Of a stretch of DNA of 32,000 nucleotides, positions 29,344 to 32,000 are shown piece after piece. The position numbers and the translations under genes were made by a program. Numbering within the stretch: the stretch's first letter is position 1; each line of letters begins with the position of its first letter. The notes below the pieces were generated by a model. It saw only the letters and a list, made by a program, of their open reading frames with translations. It did no database searches and was not told the origin of the DNA. Source of the DNA: Hyperthermus butylicus DSM 5456. GTDB lineage: Archaea; Thermoproteota; Thermoprotei_A; Sulfolobales; Pyrodictiaceae. The stretch spans positions 90,001-122,000 of the forward strand of contig NC_008818.1 in the NCBI RefSeq assembly GCF_000015145.1, read 5' to 3'.

Positions 29344-29421
29344 GGGCTGTGATGTTGCCCTTTCGTTGCCTGGAGGCCCCCTTGGGTGGGGCTGATGGGG
29401 TAAGCCCCGACGGCTGAGCCC
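29344..29421 (+). ncRNA. candidate box C/D-like small RNA
   Basis: Terminal stem GGGC (29344-29347)/GCCC (29418-29421), C-like gtgatgt (29349-29355), D'-like ctgg (29370-29373), C'-like tgatgg (29393-29398), D ctga (29414-29417). Confidence 0.25.
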
Positions 29422-29455
29422 TCTCTTCTGTCTTTCTCGTGTCTCTGTTTGCGTC

Positions 29456-30220
29456 CTATGGGCCTGCTGTTGGTGTGTTTATGGTGTAGGTTTTCCGGTT
29501 GTACCTCTTGGCTATCGCGGCTACCTCCTCCAGGAGTGTTCTTGGTGGGTTGCAGTGCTCTGCGCACCAGTCTGGGCTTCTCGGGGTTACGGCTGGGGGG
29601 CCCTGTAGGGGGTTGACTACAATGTACCAGTTCGTGCCCTTTAGGGCTTCAGTGGGCTGTCTGAGGCTCTCCTCGAGCAGTCTTGTGTAGCCTGGTATGT
29701 CTCTTGGCACGGGTATGCGTAGCTCGACCTCGACCCCGTGGCGGGCTAGTAGGCGGAGGCAGTCGAGGTAGCGGCCCCAGAGCCGTGCTGCCTGGCTCTT
29801 GGAGAGGCCGGTGAGGAGGTGGAACGGTGTCTTCAGGTCTGTGGCTACGTGGTCTACCAGCTTCTCCTCCAGCAGCTGCTCCATGTTCTCGGGGAGGGTG
29901 CAGTTCGTATTGATGCTATTGCCTAAGCCTAGCTTGTGGCTTGCCTCTAGCAGGCCGCGGAGCCTCCCGGGCTGTAACAGGGGCTCGCCCCCGGTCACGT
30001 GGAGCACGTCTACGAGCCTGGCGGCCCCCGAGAGGGCCTCAACCAGCTCGTCCAGCTTGGCCCAGCGGCAGGTGCCGGGCAGCATCTCGGCTAGCTTCCA
30101 GTTGTGGCAGAAGGGGCAGCGCAGGTTGCACCCGCAGAGCCACAGGGTGAACGAGACGCGGCCCCTTACGTCCACTAGGCTCGGCGCCTTCCAGCCCCCG
30201 ACCAGCAGTGTGTCCCGCAT
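29456..30220 (-). CDS. nrdG: anaerobic ribonucleoside-triphosphate reductase activating protein, radical SAM
   Basis: LWLCGCNLRCPFCHNWKLAE (CxxxCxxC motif appears as CGCNLRCPFC), VLHVTGGEPLLQPG. The track ORF begins at 30550, but homology begins at MRDTLLVGGWKAPSLVDVRG (ATG 30220). Confidence 0.88.
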   Translation of the reverse strand: MRDTLLVGGWKAPSLVDVRGRVSFTLWLCGCNLRCPFCHNWKLAEMLPGTCRWAKLDELVEALSGAARLVDVLHVTGGEPLLQPGRLRGLLEASHKLGLGNSINTNCTLPENMEQLLEEKLVDHVATDLKTPFHLLTGLSKSQAARLWGRYLDCLRLLARHGVEVELRIPVPRDIPGYTRLLEESLRQPTEALKGTNWYIVVNPLQGPPAVTPRSPDWCAEHCNPPRTLLEEVAAIAKRYNRKTYTINTPTAGP

Positions 30221-30813
30221 GTGTTTCTGCCCCGGGTGAGCCGTGTGTACTCCTCGTGGACGCGGCGCGCCTTTGCTTCTAGCGGTGCCTCGGCATCCAG
30301 GACGAGTACGTGGCGTGCTATTCGTGCTCCGTACGCCTCTACGAGCCGTGACACTTCCTGGTCTATGAACTGTATGTACTCGGGGTCCGCCTCCTCTCTG
30401 GCCGTCGCCCGGCCCCGTGCTAGTACGCGGCGCGCAATCTCCAGGGGGTCGCGGGCCCTTATGTAGACTAGCAGGTCTACCGGCGGGAGTATGAGGAGCA
30501 GCTTCTCCATGGCCTCGGCGGCCCCGCCACCCGATCCGCGGAGCCACCACCGAGTATAGACTGGTACTAGTAGCGGGTGGCTATCCATGACCACGGTCTT
30601 GCCGTCGCTGCGGGCCTCCCGGTATGCTGCTACGAGGCGCTCGATGAAACGGGCGTAGAAGAGGAGCTGCCTAGCGGCCGGGGGCAGCCCGGCAGCCTCA
30701 CCGATAGCCTCCACTTCGCGGTAGATGTAGCAGCCGGGGTAGAGCCTGGCTAGGAGCCTTGCTGTGGAGGTCTTGCCGGAGCCGTGTACACCGACAAAAG
30801 CCACGAGCGGCAA
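30175..30813 (-). CDS. P-loop nucleoside/nucleotide-kinase-like protein
   Basis: VAFVGVHGSGKTSTARLLARLYPG Walker A, VVMDSHPLLVPVYTRWW, PPVDLLVYIRARDPLEIARRVLARGRATAREEAD (lid-like). Sits between nrdD and nrdG. Confidence 0.75.
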   Translation of the reverse strand: MPLVAFVGVHGSGKTSTARLLARLYPGCYIYREVEAIGEAAGLPPAARQLLFYARFIERLVAAYREARSDGKTVVMDSHPLLVPVYTRWWLRGSGGGAAEAMEKLLLILPPVDLLVYIRARDPLEIARRVLARGRATAREEADPEYIQFIDQEVSRLVEAYGARIARHVLVLDAEAPLEAKARRVHEEYTRLTRGRNTCGTHCWSGAGRRRA

Positions 30814-30852
30814 GGCATTCTATGCCTCTCCGTGGCTGGCTGTTTGCAACGT

Positions 30853-32000
30853 CTAGAGCCTGTTGTAGTGGTGGCGTAGCCAGAACTCCCTCCTCCTTGC
30901 GGGGTTCCAGTTCCGTAGCGGGCGGTAGTAGCCAACAATCCTACTCCATATCTCTGTCTCGCCTCCACACCTGGGGCATGTGGTGCGGATGCCTACGCTG
31001 CTCCAGCCGCAGCGTGGGCAGACGCTTAGTGCCGGAGTGTAGCTCCAGTAGACGAGGCTCGTGTTCGCGGCCAGCTTCCTCGTGAGGCTTGCGAGGGCCT
31101 CTGGGTCGGGCTCCTCGCCGAGGAAGATGTGCATTATCACGCCGCCGGTGAAGACTGGCTGCACCCGCTCCTCGACCTCGACCCGCTCCCATAGCTCCAT
31201 CGGCGCGTAGTAGGGGGCTATGCTGGTGCTGTAGATGGGCTCCTCGGGGTCTGGCAGGTACTCGCGTAGCTCCGGGAAGAGCTGGACGTCCCTCTCTGCG
31301 AGCCGTGCCGCGGCGCTCTCGCCTGGCACCTCCTCCACGTTGAACGGTATGCCGGTCTTCTTGCTCCACTCCCTAGTCCTCGACACGATGTGCTCCACGG
31401 TCTTCTTCATCCACTCGGCCATCCTGAACCACTGGCTCCTGCTGCCCTCAGTCCAGGCCTTCGGGTCGCCAGCCATTATCGCAGCAGCCTCCGACAGCCC
31501 TATCACGCCGACGGGCAGGAAGTACGTCGACCCCATCAACCGGAGGGCTTCCGGCACATATTCGAGAACCATACTGTAGAACTCAGGGTAGGCCTTGGCG
31601 AGCCTCTCGTAGCGCCTGGCGAACCACTCAAGGCCACTCCTTACAAGCGCCAGGGTCTCATCGAGCTTCTCGACAAACGCCTCGTCGTCGCGGCGTGCCT
31701 CAAGAGCTATCCTGGGCAGGTTAACCGTGATGACGACCTTGCTGCCAGTAATGTCGGGCATTGCCCAGAGGCCGCCCATATGCTGCTTCTCGAGGCTCCG
31801 TATGTACTCCTCCCTGGCCTGCTCCAGCTCCCTCCGGATGTCGCGTATACGCATACTCTTGCCGCCGACGCGCAGGGCGTGCCGAAGCTCATTCATGTCA
31901 ATGTTTATCCTGCAGCACATCGCAAAGCTGGCGTTCGGGTCTACGACCCGGGTGTTTAGCCAGTACCCGGTCCCCCGCCTGGCTGCAGCGCCGAAGACGG
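30853..32000 (-). CDS. nrdD: anaerobic ribonucleoside-triphosphate reductase (class III), C-terminal part; 5' end outside window
   Basis: Frame stays open upstream of the track's M at 31920 (RGTGYWLNTRVVDPNASFAMCCRINID). C-terminus has CPRCGWSS...CPRCGGETEIWSRIVGYYRPLRNWN, the zinc site and glycyl-radical-like RxxGY motif. Confidence 0.93.
   Translation of the reverse strand, partial: VFGAAARRGTGYWLNTRVVDPNASFAMCCRINIDMNELRHALRVGGKSMRIRDIRRELEQAREEYIRSLEKQHMGGLWAMPDITGSKVVITVNLPRIALEARRDDEAFVEKLDETLALVRSGLEWFARRYERLAKAYPEFYSMVLEYVPEALRLMGSTYFLPVGVIGLSEAAAIMAGDPKAWTEGSRSQWFRMAEWMKKTVEHIVSRTREWSKKTGIPFNVEEVPGESAAARLAERDVQLFPELREYLPDPEEPIYSTSIAPYYAPMELWERVEVEERVQPVFTGGVIMHIFLGEEPDPEALASLTRKLAANTSLVYWSYTPALSVCPRCGWSSVGIRTTCPRCGGETEIWSRIVGYYRPLRNWNPARRREFWLRHHYNRL

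Noticed and set aside
30221-30550. 110-aa N-terminal extension of nrdG
   Set aside because: Arg/Gly/Pro-rich shadow translation lying antisense-free but out of frame over the kinase gene; NrdG homology begins at ATG 30220.
29456-31959. Numerous plus-strand ORFs opposite nrdG, kinase and nrdD
   Set aside because: Shadow ORFs of GC-rich genes, Arg/Ser/Pro-rich and without domains.

Overview
The window is a compact, mostly housekeeping archaeal locus. It has GC-biased coding, GTG/TTG starts and overlapping operons, and looks like a hyperthermophilic crenarchaeon, possibly Pyrodictiaceae/Desulfurococcales; that placement is inference from protein style, not a search. Supported content: Lrp/AsnC regulator, DUF211 protein, stand-alone MetRS C-terminal tRNA-binding domain, saccharopine-dehydrogenase-like protein, ABC-2 transporter pair, SRP19, a six-gene pyr operon (pyrF-E-B-I-K-C), PLP enzyme, pyrG, Fur-family regulator, HTH-CBS regulator, NfeD/ClpP-like membrane protease, RHH regulator, GPN-loop GTPase, DUF488, HTH-ThiN regulator, M20 peptidase, diphthine synthase, HPS-like protein, moeA, Clp1/Grc3-like polynucleotide kinase, MoaD/ThiS protein, tRNA-Val(CAC), and an anaerobic ribonucleotide reductase locus (nrdD / P-loop kinase / nrdG). 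I see no CRISPR array, prophage or clear defence island. The observations most worth follow-up are: (1) a GPN GTPase split by a +1 shift at a G6 run; (2) a MarC-family gene spread over three frames; (3) a Fur-family gene whose conserved N-terminus lies upstream of any canonical start codon; (4) an uncharacterised P-loop kinase between nrdD and nrdG; (5) two candidate box C/D-like or structured RNAs; (6) a nested palindrome over the likely pyr promoter.
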